Positions 35,211 to 46,325 of a DNA stretch of 64,000 nt are shown piece after piece; position 1 is the first letter of the stretch, and every line of letters begins with the position of its first letter. The DNA lies in assembly GCA_964360785.1 (NCBI GenBank), contig CAYHXX010000002.1, positions 92,107-156,106 on the forward strand, given 5' to 3'. Source of the DNA: an uncultured Gammaproteobacteria bacterium. Lineage in GTDB: Bacteria; Patescibacteriota; Microgenomatia; Woykebacterales; RBG-16-39-9b. The position numbers and the translations under genes were made by a program. Below the pieces are notes generated by a model. The model had not been told where the DNA came from and made no database searches. It worked only from the letters and a program-made list of their open reading frames with translations.

Positions 35211-37220
35211 ATGGAAAAATCTCTTTACAACCAGGTCGGTGAAATAAAAGGTGCTTCTTCAGAAACTGAAGATGCCTTTAGTTTTCAATTCACCCCTCAA
35301 AATGAAAATCTTAAAAGAACTAGAGGTGCGCTTTTTACACTTGTTTCAATTTCCGGAAAAACTGATGAACGCTACGAAAAAGCCAAGGATATCTACCATC
35401 AATTCCAGAGCAGTTATTACGCCAAGGCCACGGGAAGTATTCTTCACGGGCTTTCTGAGACCTTGGAGCAGCTTTCTGAAGGGCCCTTAAGAAAACAAAA
35501 AGAGGAAGGGTTGAATATTTCAGTAATAGCTGCAGTTTTCTGGGGGACTGTCGTCTACCTTTCAAAATATGGGGAAGGTGCTGTTTTTGTTGCCCGAGCC
35601 GATAAAGTCAAAAAACTTGATTTCGCCAAAGTTGCTAGTGGGGTGCTCGAAGATCAAGATACTGTTTGTTTGGCAACAGAGAGTTTTGTTACCGCGGTGA
35701 CCTTGGACGAACTTACGGAAAGTTTGACAAAGGAAAAATTTGAAGACTCCTTGGAGACCCTGGATAAAAAAGTGGAGAAGGTTCAAGGAGCCGTGTGCGA
35801 TGTGATTCGGTTATCAGTTAATGCTCCAACGGAAACAACAGAGGACTTGGCGATCGCCGAAGTAAATGAAAAAGGTGAGATGGAATCAACGGAAGCTCCA
35901 GAGGAAAAGAGCGAAGATGAAACACAAAAAACGGAACATCTAGAATCAGACGCGGAGTCAGAGAAGCCTGTGGAAAGCAAAGCAAACGACCCGTTTGAAC
36001 AGGCAATAGAGAAGAAACAAAACCCGCTCAGTAAGGTTCTACCGACGGTTAAAGGTTTTGCAGGAAATTTCACCAAATCTATCCTTAAAGTTTGGAGAAG
36101 GCCAGAGCCCGGAGAGCATCACGATCCTGTTGCTATCCGTCGAACTAGAATCATTCAGGCGGTTGGTCTAATACTAATAATTTTGATAATTAGTATCGGT
36201 TTCGGAATATTTTCCCAAGGAGCAGAAAAGAAAGACAATAAAGTCAGTAATCTGATAACCTCAGCACAAAATGGTTTAAATGAAGCCAGCAACATCAAAA
36301 CAATCGATCCAAACAGGGCACTATCATTGGTAAACAAAGCCCAAAAGGATTTAGAAGAGGCAAAGAAAACTGATGAAGATAACAAGCAAATTACAGAACT
36401 GCAGAGTAAAAGTACTGATCTCGAGGCGGAGATAACCAAAACAACAAAGATTAAGGATCTGGAAACCGTATTTGATTTTGGTACTCTACACAAAGGTACC
36501 GCTATCACAGACGCGGCCCTCTTGGGTAACCAATTGCTTTTGATTGATGCTAATCAAGGATTTCTGTATGAACTGTTGTTAGATGACAAGAGGGCAACAG
36601 AGGTGAGTAAAACAGATACTTCGGTGCAGACAATCGTTTCTTATCCAGCTGGTTTCTATCTCAGCGGGCAAAGTGGTATTTCCAAGGTGGATTCTAGTTT
36701 GAAAATTTCTTCAATCGGAACAAACGCCAATTGGGGAAAAATTCGAAGCTCAGCAACCTATCAAAATAACCTCTACCTACTGGACACTGAAAAAAATGAA
36801 ATCTGGCGGTACCTCTCAACCTCAACTGGCCTGGGCAGTGCCCGAGCTTATGTCAGCGGGGAAAAACCTGACATGAGCGCCGCAGTGGCAATTGCGATTG
36901 ACGACCTTGTGTGGGTAGCAAATAAAAATGGTACTGTTTATAAATTTGCTTCTGGTAAGCAACAAGAAAATTTCGCAATCTCTGCTCTTGCCGATCCGAT
37001 TGGAGAGCTTTCAGACATGTTTACTAGCAGCTCGACCAAAAATCATTATTTTCTGGATAAGGGAAAAGCACGGATTGTATCAGTAGATAAAAAAGGTGTT
37101 TACCAAGCTTCTTATACAAATAACCAGCTTCACAAGGCCGATACTTTGTTGGTAGACGAAACACAAAAAATTGTGTACTTTACAGCGGAATCCAAACTTT
37201 ACCAATTTAAACTGCCATAA
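35211..37220 (+). CDS. degenerate PP2C-like domain / TM / beta-propeller protein
   Basis: Start reassigned to ATG 35211; NLYLLDTEKNEIWRY propeller blades. Confidence 0.78.
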   Translation: MEKSLYNQVGEIKGASSETEDAFSFQFTPQNENLKRTRGALFTLVSISGKTDERYEKAKDIYHQFQSSYYAKATGSILHGLSETLEQLSEGPLRKQKEEGLNISVIAAVFWGTVVYLSKYGEGAVFVARADKVKKLDFAKVASGVLEDQDTVCLATESFVTAVTLDELTESLTKEKFEDSLETLDKKVEKVQGAVCDVIRLSVNAPTETTEDLAIAEVNEKGEMESTEAPEEKSEDETQKTEHLESDAESEKPVESKANDPFEQAIEKKQNPLSKVLPTVKGFAGNFTKSILKVWRRPEPGEHHDPVAIRRTRIIQAVGLILIILIISIGFGIFSQGAEKKDNKVSNLITSAQNGLNEASNIKTIDPNRALSLVNKAQKDLEEAKKTDEDNKQITELQSKSTDLEAEITKTTKIKDLETVFDFGTLHKGTAITDAALLGNQLLLIDANQGFLYELLLDDKRATEVSKTDTSVQTIVSYPAGFYLSGQSGISKVDSSLKISSIGTNANWGKIRSSATYQNNLYLLDTEKNEIWRYLSTSTGLGSARAYVSGEKPDMSAAVAIAIDDLVWVANKNGTVYKFASGKQQENFAISALADPIGELSDMFTSSSTKNHYFLDKGKARIVSVDKKGVYQASYTNNQLHKADTLLVDETQKIVYFTAESKLYQFKLP

Positions 37221-37224
37221 GCAT

Positions 37225-37755
37225 ATGAGCAGTGAAATCGTTAATAAAAAAGCCGGTTTTAACTATTTTCTTCAAGACCGCCTCGAAGCAGGAATTGCTT
37301 TGACCGGTGGTGAGGTCAAGTCAGTTAGATCCGGAAGTGGTAGCTTAGACGAGGCTTATGTGAGGATAATCGATGGCCAAGCCATACTAGTTAATTGCTA
37401 CATAGCTCCCTATAAGTTTGCTCTCGACCCTTCTTATGATCCAAAAAGAGAAAGAAAGCTACTTTTGAATAAGCAAGAAATCGAGCACTTGGCGGGGAAG
37501 GTAGGTTCAAAGCACTTGACAAATTCTGATTTGCGAACCCGCTCTGGCGGGTTGACTTTCAGCAAGAATGCGAAGCCGTCAGGCTTGACAATTGTGCCTA
37601 CAAAGGTGTATAATTCGCACAACCTAATAAAGGTTGAAGTAGCAATTGGTACCCCGAAGAAAAAATTTGATAAGCGTGAGGATTTGAAGAAAAAAGCAAT
37701 CCAACGCGAGACTGAAGGGTTCCTGAGAGCAGAAAAAGCTAAAAACAAAAATTAG
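37225..37755 (+). CDS. smpB: SsrA-binding protein with a 23-aa internal insertion
   Basis: NKKAGFNY, EAGIALTGGEVKS, RERKLLL, DKRE; adjacent to tmRNA. Confidence 0.96.
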   Translation: MSSEIVNKKAGFNYFLQDRLEAGIALTGGEVKSVRSGSGSLDEAYVRIIDGQAILVNCYIAPYKFALDPSYDPKRERKLLLNKQEIEHLAGKVGSKHLTNSDLRTRSGGLTFSKNAKPSGLTIVPTKVYNSHNLIKVEVAIGTPKKKFDKREDLKKKAIQRETEGFLRAEKAKNKN

Positions 37756-37766
37756 GTACTTATCTT

Positions 37767-38125
37767 GGGGATGTTGTAATTCGACGAGATGCACTTTTCA
37801 TTCAGAGCAGGCCGACCGTGATCAAATAAGTCGTAAAACTGATTGATTAATCATAAATGCTAATAAGGCATTTTCTCCTTCTTACGCTTACGCCTAAGAA
37901 GCATCCTGACTACTCTCTCTTGACGGAGTTTTTATGGGTGTAAACAAGACAAGACTAATCTAGAAAGAGTTGGTCCCTTTTTCTAGGTACAGACCTTATC
38001 AACAACCTTACTCCGTACAAGTTGGTGGCTGGTAACTACGGAGGAAATATTTCAGTCACCTAAGCTTGTAGTTGCTGCTGGAAATTGTTTTTCGGACCTC
38101 GGTTTGAATCCGAGCATCTCCACCA
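37767..38125 (+). ncRNA. ssrA: tmRNA, tag ANKAFSPSYAYA (37859-37897)
   Basis: GGGGATG/CATCTCC-ACCA acceptor with G3-U, TTCGAC after the 5' strand, T-arm, tag ORF. Confidence 0.95.
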
Positions 38126-38131
38126 TCACGA

Positions 38132-38160
38132 AGACCCACTCAAAAAGTGGGTTTTTGTGT
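38132..38160 (+). terminator. terminator after ssrA
   Basis: ACCCACT-CAAAA-AGTGGGT followed by T-tract. Confidence 0.8.
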
Positions 38161-38213
38161 TTTTAGCCCACGAAGTGGTCGCAAAGCGCGGAGCGATTTT
38201 ATAGAATGGATCC

Positions 38214-38879
38214 ATGAATCTGTTGGATTTTATTTTTCCGAAGCAATGTGTCGCCTGCAAAAAGTTTGGTTCTTACCTATGTGGAGATTGTTTAGAAAGA
38301 ATTGAGTATTTGGAAATTCAAACCTGTGCTTATTGTTATAAACCTGCAATTTCGGGCAAAACCCACCCCAAGTGTTTCAAGAAGTTTGGTCTTGACGGCG
38401 TAGTGTCTCTAACTAATTACAAAACTCCAGTAAAAGAGCTGATTAAAAGTTTGAAGTATCGCTACACTACGGATTTGTTAAAAGAAATTGAGGAGAAATT
38501 TACTTTTCGAGATGAGGTTATCTTAGAAAGAAATTCAGTACTTCTACCTTTGCCCTTGTTCGAATCACGCAGAAATTACCGAGGTTTTAACCAAGCAGAA
38601 CTTTTAGGCCAAATTGTGGCCAAGAGGCTAGGGCTTTCTTACAAAGACGATTTGTTGCAACGAATAGTAGCGACGAAACCTCAGGTTGGACTGTCCCAGA
38701 AACAGAGGGCTGAGAATGTCAGAAACGCTTTTGGTTTGAAAAATGAATTGGAAAAGACAACCTACTATGTCTTTGATGATGTTTGGACCTCAGGTGCTAC
38801 CTTGAAAGAAGTCGCGAAAATACTGAAACAAGCAGGAGCTGAAGTAGTCTGGGGTTTGACATTTTCCCACCCTCGTTGA
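38214..38879 (+). CDS. comF: ComF family amidophosphoribosyltransferase-like protein
   Basis: Double zinc ribbon, RGFNQAE, DDVWTSGATL. Confidence 0.93.
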   Translation: MNLLDFIFPKQCVACKKFGSYLCGDCLERIEYLEIQTCAYCYKPAISGKTHPKCFKKFGLDGVVSLTNYKTPVKELIKSLKYRYTTDLLKEIEEKFTFRDEVILERNSVLLPLPLFESRRNYRGFNQAELLGQIVAKRLGLSYKDDLLQRIVATKPQVGLSQKQRAENVRNAFGLKNELEKTTYYVFDDVWTSGATLKEVAKILKQAGAEVVWGLTFSHPR

Positions 38880-38918
38880 AGGAAAGGTAATCTTCTGCTA
38901 AAATGTCCAGGTTCATGT

Positions 38919-39007
38919 GGAGGGTTGCCCGAGTGGCTTAAGGGGACGGTTTGCTAAACCGTTGGCGCGAAAGTGTCACACAGGTTCGAATCCTGTACCC
39001 TCCGCCA
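38919..39007 (+). tRNA. tRNA-Ser(GCT)
   Basis: Cloverleaf, ACGGT-TTGCTAA-ACCGT, long variable arm, CCA. Confidence 0.97.
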
Positions 39008-39046
39008 GAACTAGTATTAAAAACTTCTCGAAAAAGTAGTATATTA

Positions 39047-39136
39047 GGAGGGGTGGCCGAGTGGTTTAAGGCGTTGGTCTTGAAAACCAATGTAGCAGAA
39101 ATGTTACCGGAGGTTCGAATCCTCCTCCCTCCGCCA
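39047..39136 (+). tRNA. tRNA-Ser(TGA)
   Basis: TTGGT-CTTGAAA-ACCAA, CCA. Confidence 0.97.
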
Positions 39137-39211
39137 CGTACGAAATCAAAGATTTCTACGTGGCTAGAGACGTAGTTTTGAATACAAAACGTACGTCTCG
39201 CCAAAGAAATT

Positions 39212-39817
39212 ATGCCCAAACAAACTGCTAAAAAAGAATCAATTGAAGAACTCAAGAAACAGCTTAACAACCTTCAAGGCAAAGTAGCCGAATATGAGAC
39301 TGTTTCGGTACCAGCACAACAACCTACATTTGAAGTCAAAGAACTTTATTTCTGGAAAGCTCCTGAACGAATTTTTATTCCCAGAAACCGTAAATGGTAC
39401 ACCTATCTTTTTCTGATGCTACTGATAATGATCTTGGTACTGCTTTTCCTCAAGCAATTTATCATCATCGCGCCAATCGCCGCCTTAGGTTTTGTTACTT
39501 ATGTGCTGGCGAGTGTACCGCCTCACAATGTTACTCACAAACTAACAAATGAAGGAATCAATTCTGAGAATAAAAGTTATTTGTGGACAGAACTTTATGA
39601 TTTTTGGTTAACCAAAAAAGGAGATCAAGGAATGATCCATATAGATACTTACCTAAATTACCCGCGGAGGTTGATTCTCCTTGTGGGGGAGGGTGATGTA
39701 GAAAAGATAAAGCAAACCATGTTGCAGTTCATACCATTCCGAGAACTACCTAAAGAAAGTTTCATGGACAAGGCCGCTAATTTCCTCTCAGAAAAATTCC
39801 ACAAAATTGCCAGTTAA
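39212..39817 (+). CDS. conserved two-TM hypothetical protein
   Basis: WKAPERIFIPRNRKWY, 201 aa. Confidence 0.85.
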   Translation: MPKQTAKKESIEELKKQLNNLQGKVAEYETVSVPAQQPTFEVKELYFWKAPERIFIPRNRKWYTYLFLMLLIMILVLLFLKQFIIIAPIAALGFVTYVLASVPPHNVTHKLTNEGINSENKSYLWTELYDFWLTKKGDQGMIHIDTYLNYPRRLILLVGEGDVEKIKQTMLQFIPFRELPKESFMDKAANFLSEKFHKIAS

Positions 39818-39855
39818 TTTCCCTACATAAGTTATAATAGTTAAACCCAGAATTT

Positions 39856-40080
39856 GTCCCAGTAGCTCAGTTGGATAGAACTTTTTTGAGAGCTAGATCA
39901 AAAAAGGTTCTGCGTCCTTCGGACTAAGAGCGTAGGTAATGATATGCCCCCGTAGCTCAGTGGATAGAGCGCAACGTTGCGGACGTTGAGGCCGTAGGTT
40001 CGAATCCTATCGGGGGTACCAGAATTGGAGTTCGACTTTTTGCGAAGCAAAATGTGCGTAGTGTCCTCTCTGGGACGCCA
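39856..40080 (+). pseudogene. interrupted tRNA-Arg-like shell enclosing tRNA-Arg(GCG)
   Basis: 5' GTCCCAGTAGCTCAGTTGGATAGA and 3' TCCTCTCTGGGACGCCA form a perfect acceptor stem; centre holds hairpins and a complete tRNA. Confidence 0.7.
39946..40021 (+). tRNA. tRNA-Arg(GCG)
   Basis: CAACG-TTGCGGA-CGTTG, canonical D and T arms, CCA. Confidence 0.96.
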
Positions 40081-40095
40081 TTTGTTATTTAACGT

Positions 40096-40185
40096 GGAGG
40101 GGTGGCTGAGCGGTTGAAGGCGCTGGTTTCGAAAACCAGTGTACTGGAAACGGTACCGGAGGTTCGAATCCTCCTCCCTCCGCCA
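40096..40185 (+). tRNA. tRNA-Ser(CGA)
   Basis: CTGGT-TTCGAAA-ACCAG, CCA. Confidence 0.97.
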
Positions 40186-41091
40186 ATAGTTAACGAAAGG
40201 TTTGTTTCAATCATTTTCAAATAAATAATGAATATCTTTGTATCGGGTTCCCTCGCCTTTGATAACATCATGGATTTTCCTGACCATTTTCGAAATCATA
40301 TTTTGCCTGGTAAAACGCACAACCTAAATGTCAGTTTTTTGATAAACAGTTTAAAAACTAATTTTGGGGGAACAGCTGGAAACATTGCATATAGTTTGGC
40401 TTTGCTGGGGGAAAGGCCAATTATTCTGGCCACCGCTGGAAAAGATTTTGATAAATATAAAGATTGGTTGAGTATACACGGGGTCGACATTTCCCACGTC
40501 AAAATAATTGATAATGAGATGACAGCAACGGCCCATATTATTACAGATAAAAGCGATAATCAAATTACTGCATTTTACCCAGGTTCGATGAAATATCCTG
40601 GAGTAGCATTAAGTGCTGGGTTACTAAGTAGAGACTCGTTGGCGATAGTTTCTCCAGGCTACATGGGGGACATGTTAAGTTATGTCTCTAGTTATAATAA
40701 AAATAAAGTTTCCTATATTTTTGACCCCGGTCAGCAGATTCCAGCACTAACCCCTGAAGAAATTAAAAAAGGCATAGCAGGAGCTAAAATTTTTATTTCA
40801 AATGACTACGAAGTGTCTCTAATTTTGGAGAAAACTGGTTGGACTGAGACTGATATAATGGGCAAAGTTGAAATTTTAGTTACCACTTTCGGAGGGAAGG
40901 GTTCGGTAATCAAAAGTAAAGGGAAAATATATTCAATTCCAGCAGCAAAACCTAAAAATCTTAAAGACCCAACAGGAGCGGGGGATGCTTATCGGGCGGG
41001 TTTTATTAAAGGTCTTATTGATGGTTTGACTCTAGATAAAATTGGCCGATTAGCAAGTGTAGTTTCGGCCTATGCGGTTGAGACATATGGA

Positions 41092-42627
<1,536 letters not shown>

Positions 42628-42661
42628 TTGTCGAAACCAGATTGCTGTAAATAAAATGAAT

Positions 42662-42737
42662 GTCCCAGTAGCTCAGTGGATAGAGCGTTAGCCTCCGGAG
42701 CTAAAGGTCGAAGGTTCGAATCCTTTCTGGGACGCCA
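42662..42737 (+). tRNA. tRNA-Arg(CCG)
   Basis: TTAGC-CTCCGGA-GCTAA, CCA. Confidence 0.97.
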
Positions 42738-42743
42738 GAATCT

Positions 42744-43160
42744 ATGTTCAAATTTGAAGAATCCGCCGGTGGGATAGTTTTCAAAAAAGAAAATTCTCAA
42801 ACTTACATTCTCGTGACCCAACACTCCCAACACCATGGTTGGGTTTTCCCAAAAGGCCTGATCGATAAAGGTGAAGATAAACAAACAACAGCAGTTCGTG
42901 AGGTTAAGGAGGAAGGTGGGGTTGAGGCAAAAATAACCAAAGAACTTTCATCAGTTGAGTATTTCTATAAATTTGAAGGCAACACAATCAAAAAGAAAGT
43001 TACCTACTTTCTGATGGAGTATGTTTCCGGAAATATACAAGATCATGATTGGGAGATGGAAGCTGCGGAATGGTTGTTCATAGAGCAAGTAGAAGAGCGT
43101 CTCACCTACAAAACCGATAAGCAAGTATGGAGTAAAGCTTTAGAAATTCTCACCAAATAA
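42744..43160 (+). CDS. NUDIX hydrolase
   Basis: PKGLIDKGE...AVREVKEEGG. Confidence 0.93.
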   Translation: MFKFEESAGGIVFKKENSQTYILVTQHSQHHGWVFPKGLIDKGEDKQTTAVREVKEEGGVEAKITKELSSVEYFYKFEGNTIKKKVTYFLMEYVSGNIQDHDWEMEAAEWLFIEQVEERLTYKTDKQVWSKALEILTK

Positions 43161-43223
43161 AATTTAAAAGAATTTGGGGCTCGCAACACACGGGAGGATG
43201 TGTGGTGAGAGCCCCGGGAGCTG

Positions 43224-43805
43224 TTACAGGACCAGAGGGTTCGCGCTGCTACTAGCTGTCGACGAGGTGCCGAGCGATCCTACGACGGTCGCAAGGCGGT
43301 GAGCTATTCCGGCGACGGAGGAGGGATTCGCTGCCACTCTTCCTCTCAGCCGTCGGGCTTTCTTCACGTCGTCGATACCGCCGTCAAACGTTGTCGCGCC
43401 GGACGTGCGCTGCCGCCACATCGGGTTGCCGTGCTGCGCCTCGGATAACAGGGACGCGAACGTTCGTCTGAGGTAGTCGAGAGCCGAGCTTGTCAACAGG
43501 ATCGCGCCGGTCGCCAGCAGCAAAGCCATGATCGCTAAAGCTGCCGTTGGGTGACCGGTCGCCGTCGCCGTGATCATCGACGCTGTCTTCGCCGCGTCGC
43601 TCGTGACGAACGCCGCTGCTCGAGGGACGTCAGTGGTCGGTGTCAGCACGACCTGGGCGCGCTGAGTCATCTGGCTCACGATCGTCATCCCGTCGGAGAG
43701 CGACGGTGGGGAGATCGAGCCATCGTGTGCCGTGCGGTAGCCGAAGCCCAGTACCAGGGCCGCGACCGCTGCTAGCACCGCGAATCGGAAGGTTAACTCC
43801 CGCAT
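43224..43805 (-). CDS. very GC-rich hypothetical membrane protein
   Basis: 193 aa, AAGGAGG SD, Ala-rich with two hydrophobic segments. Confidence 0.7.
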   Translation of the reverse strand: MRELTFRFAVLAAVAALVLGFGYRTAHDGSISPPSLSDGMTIVSQMTQRAQVVLTPTTDVPRAAAFVTSDAAKTASMITATATGHPTAALAIMALLLATGAILLTSSALDYLRRTFASLLSEAQHGNPMWRQRTSGATTFDGGIDDVKKARRLRGRVAANPSSVAGIAHRLATVVGSLGTSSTASSSANPLVL

Positions 43806-44099
43806 CTAATTGCCTCCTTGGTCAGTTGGGTGATCCTTCACCCGGATCTGGCCGATTCTTGTCTTTTCAGTGCCTCACAACGAGAGGTTTACTGGTAACT
43901 AACCGTCATCCTCGGCCGAGTTATGACAACAGCGTAGCCAGTTTCTTTCTCGTCACTTGGCCTTCTACCTCCTTTCTTCCTCCAAGTCGCGGCAAATCCG
44001 CAATCCACGCGGGGTCCGTTATAAAATATTTATATGCTTGCTTGACCGTTTTGTCAAACCTAACTAGCGGTGATGTAATATAATGTTGTTTCGACTTCT

Positions 44100-44191
<92 letters not shown>

Positions 44192-44197
44192 AATATC

Positions 44198-44470
44198 ATG
44201 GAAAATGAAACCAGAGTTAAAAGACTCGAAGAAGAAATTGAAAAAATAAAAGCCCGTAATGAAAAAGTGGAGCGGGATAAGAGGTGGGAAACAAGTTTGT
44301 TCCGGGCTGTGAGTGTTGGGTTACTAACTTATTCTGTAATGGTTGTTTTTATGCTCTCTATTTCTATTGAGAAGCCTTTTATTAACGCGATCATTCCAAC
44401 TCTTGGGTTTTTGTTGTCCACATTTTCCCTCCCGTTTCTAAAGAATTTTTGGATAAGAAAACAAAAATAG
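44198..44470 (+). CDS. small membrane protein
   Basis: RNEKVERDKRWETS...NAIIPTLGFLLST; start reassigned to after the tRNA. Confidence 0.85.
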   Translation: MENETRVKRLEEEIEKIKARNEKVERDKRWETSLFRAVSVGLLTYSVMVVFMLSISIEKPFINAIIPTLGFLLSTFSLPFLKNFWIRKQK

Positions 44471-44515
44471 AGCCTGGCTTGCCTTACGTTACTTTATCCT
44501 CTATTATGCTTTTCA

Positions 44516-46291
44516 ATGGAATCCCAAGTTCAAGAAGTTAAAAATAAAATAGATATTGTTCAACTAGTTTCAGGCTATGTTTCTTTGAAAAAAGCTGGTC
44601 GAAACTACAAAGGTCTTTGTCCATTTCATAGTGAGAAAACCGGATCTTTCATGGTCTCACCGGAACGACAAATATTTAAATGCTTCGGCTGTAATGAAGG
44701 TGGTGACGCCCTTACTTTTTATCAGAAGATCGAAGGTGTGGAGTTTGTAGATGCTCTAAAAGCTTTAGCAGCAAAAGCCGGAGTACAAATAAAGGAGTAC
44801 AAGACTAATCCTAACGAATCGCAGAGAGAAGAGTTTGTTCGCATAAATTCGTTGGCAGCTGAGTTTTATCATTTTCTCCTTACCAAACACCAAAGTGGAA
44901 AGAAAGCACTAGAGTATTTAAAAGGTCGGGGTTTGACGGAAAAAACCATTGTTGACTGGCAAATAGGATTTGCCCCTGATTCCTGGGACACAACCTACAA
45001 ATTCCTAATAAAGAAAAAACTTAACCCAAAAGATATTAGCGCCTCTGGTTTGGCAATACCTTCAACAAGGCAGAGCCTGCCTGCCGGCGGGCAGGGAGCC
45101 TATGACCGCTTTCGCAAACGGATCATGTTTCCGATCCGTAATATTTCTGGGACAATAGTTGGTTTTTCAGGAAGGATTTTTGGAGAAGGCGAGCCAAAAT
45201 ATCTCAATTCCCCAGACAACCTGCTTTTCAACAAAAGTAACAATCTTTTTGGATTGGACAAGGCAAAAGGCGAGATTAAAAAAGAGAATCTAGCTGTCCT
45301 AGTGGAAGGAAATCTTGATGTGATCATGTCTCACCAAATCGGAGTCGCCAATGTAATCTGTCCATTGGGTACGGCCCTCACCGAGAAACAACTAGATTTG
45401 CTGAGGCGATTTGCTGACCAGCTGGTGGTGAGTTTTGACCAAGATGTTTCTGGACAAAAAGCCGCCTTGAGAGCAGTCGAGCTTGCTGAAAACCAGGGGT
45501 TAACCTTGAAACTAACAGAACTATCGGAAAAAGATCCGGATGAGCTGATACGCAAAAATCCAAGTGCCTGGAAAAAAGCACTTGCGAATTCAGTACCAAT
45601 CTACGATTTTCTAATAAATTCTTTACAAAACCGTTACGGTACAAAAGATCATAGTGCTCTGAGAAAAATCACCAAAGAAGTACTACCTTATATTGCCAGA
45701 ATTGATAATGATATTACCCGGTCTCATTATGAAAGGTTACTAGCTTCTAACCTGGGTGTAAGCGAGGATTCAATAAAAACTGAACTCTCAAAGCTAGGTA
45801 CACCTGAGACTTCAGTAAAATTGGCAGATACAGTAAAGCCATTGAGTAGCGAAAGGTTGAAACTGGAAACCTATCTTCTGGAGCTGATTTTCCAATCTGG
45901 AATAATTCCAGAAGGAGTAGAGAGTGAGCAGTTTGAGGTCAGACAATTTTGTACTTTATTTGAACTAGCTAAACAAAGCTCTCGCAACAAGCACTTTTCT
46001 GTCAAGGAAATTGAAATTCCAGAGGAGCTGTCCGAAATATTTGACAGACTTACACTTGTCGAGATTGGTGAAGATATATTGAATAGTCAAGCAGAAATGC
46101 AGAAAGAGATTGATACTTGCACCCTCCGTTTAAAAGCGTTAAACTTACGAACTGAATTAAAGAAAATAACGCTTGCTATCAAGCAAGCTGAAATAACTAA
46201 GGATAGTATTCAAGTAGAAAACTTCACAAAGAAGTTTCAAGATTATTCCAATAAGCTTGCGCTGCTTGAGAAGCAAAAAGAACTTATTTAA
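44516..46291 (+). CDS. dnaG: DNA primase
   Basis: CPFHSEKT zinc finger, DRFRKRIMFPI, KYLNSP, VEGNLD. Confidence 0.98.
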   Translation: MESQVQEVKNKIDIVQLVSGYVSLKKAGRNYKGLCPFHSEKTGSFMVSPERQIFKCFGCNEGGDALTFYQKIEGVEFVDALKALAAKAGVQIKEYKTNPNESQREEFVRINSLAAEFYHFLLTKHQSGKKALEYLKGRGLTEKTIVDWQIGFAPDSWDTTYKFLIKKKLNPKDISASGLAIPSTRQSLPAGGQGAYDRFRKRIMFPIRNISGTIVGFSGRIFGEGEPKYLNSPDNLLFNKSNNLFGLDKAKGEIKKENLAVLVEGNLDVIMSHQIGVANVICPLGTALTEKQLDLLRRFADQLVVSFDQDVSGQKAALRAVELAENQGLTLKLTELSEKDPDELIRKNPSAWKKALANSVPIYDFLINSLQNRYGTKDHSALRKITKEVLPYIARIDNDITRSHYERLLASNLGVSEDSIKTELSKLGTPETSVKLADTVKPLSSERLKLETYLLELIFQSGIIPEGVESEQFEVRQFCTLFELAKQSSRNKHFSVKEIEIPEELSEIFDRLTLVEIGEDILNSQAEMQKEIDTCTLRLKALNLRTELKKITLAIKQAEITKDSIQVENFTKKFQDYSNKLALLEKQKELI

Positions 46292-46325
46292 ATATCCCGC
46301 TAAAGCGTGATATAAATATGAACTT

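Noticed and set aside
38938-39270. ORFs overlapping tRNAs (also 40089-40271, 42588-42884, 48960-49163 and the 5' part of 44132-44470)
   Set aside because: Shadow translations of tRNA genes.
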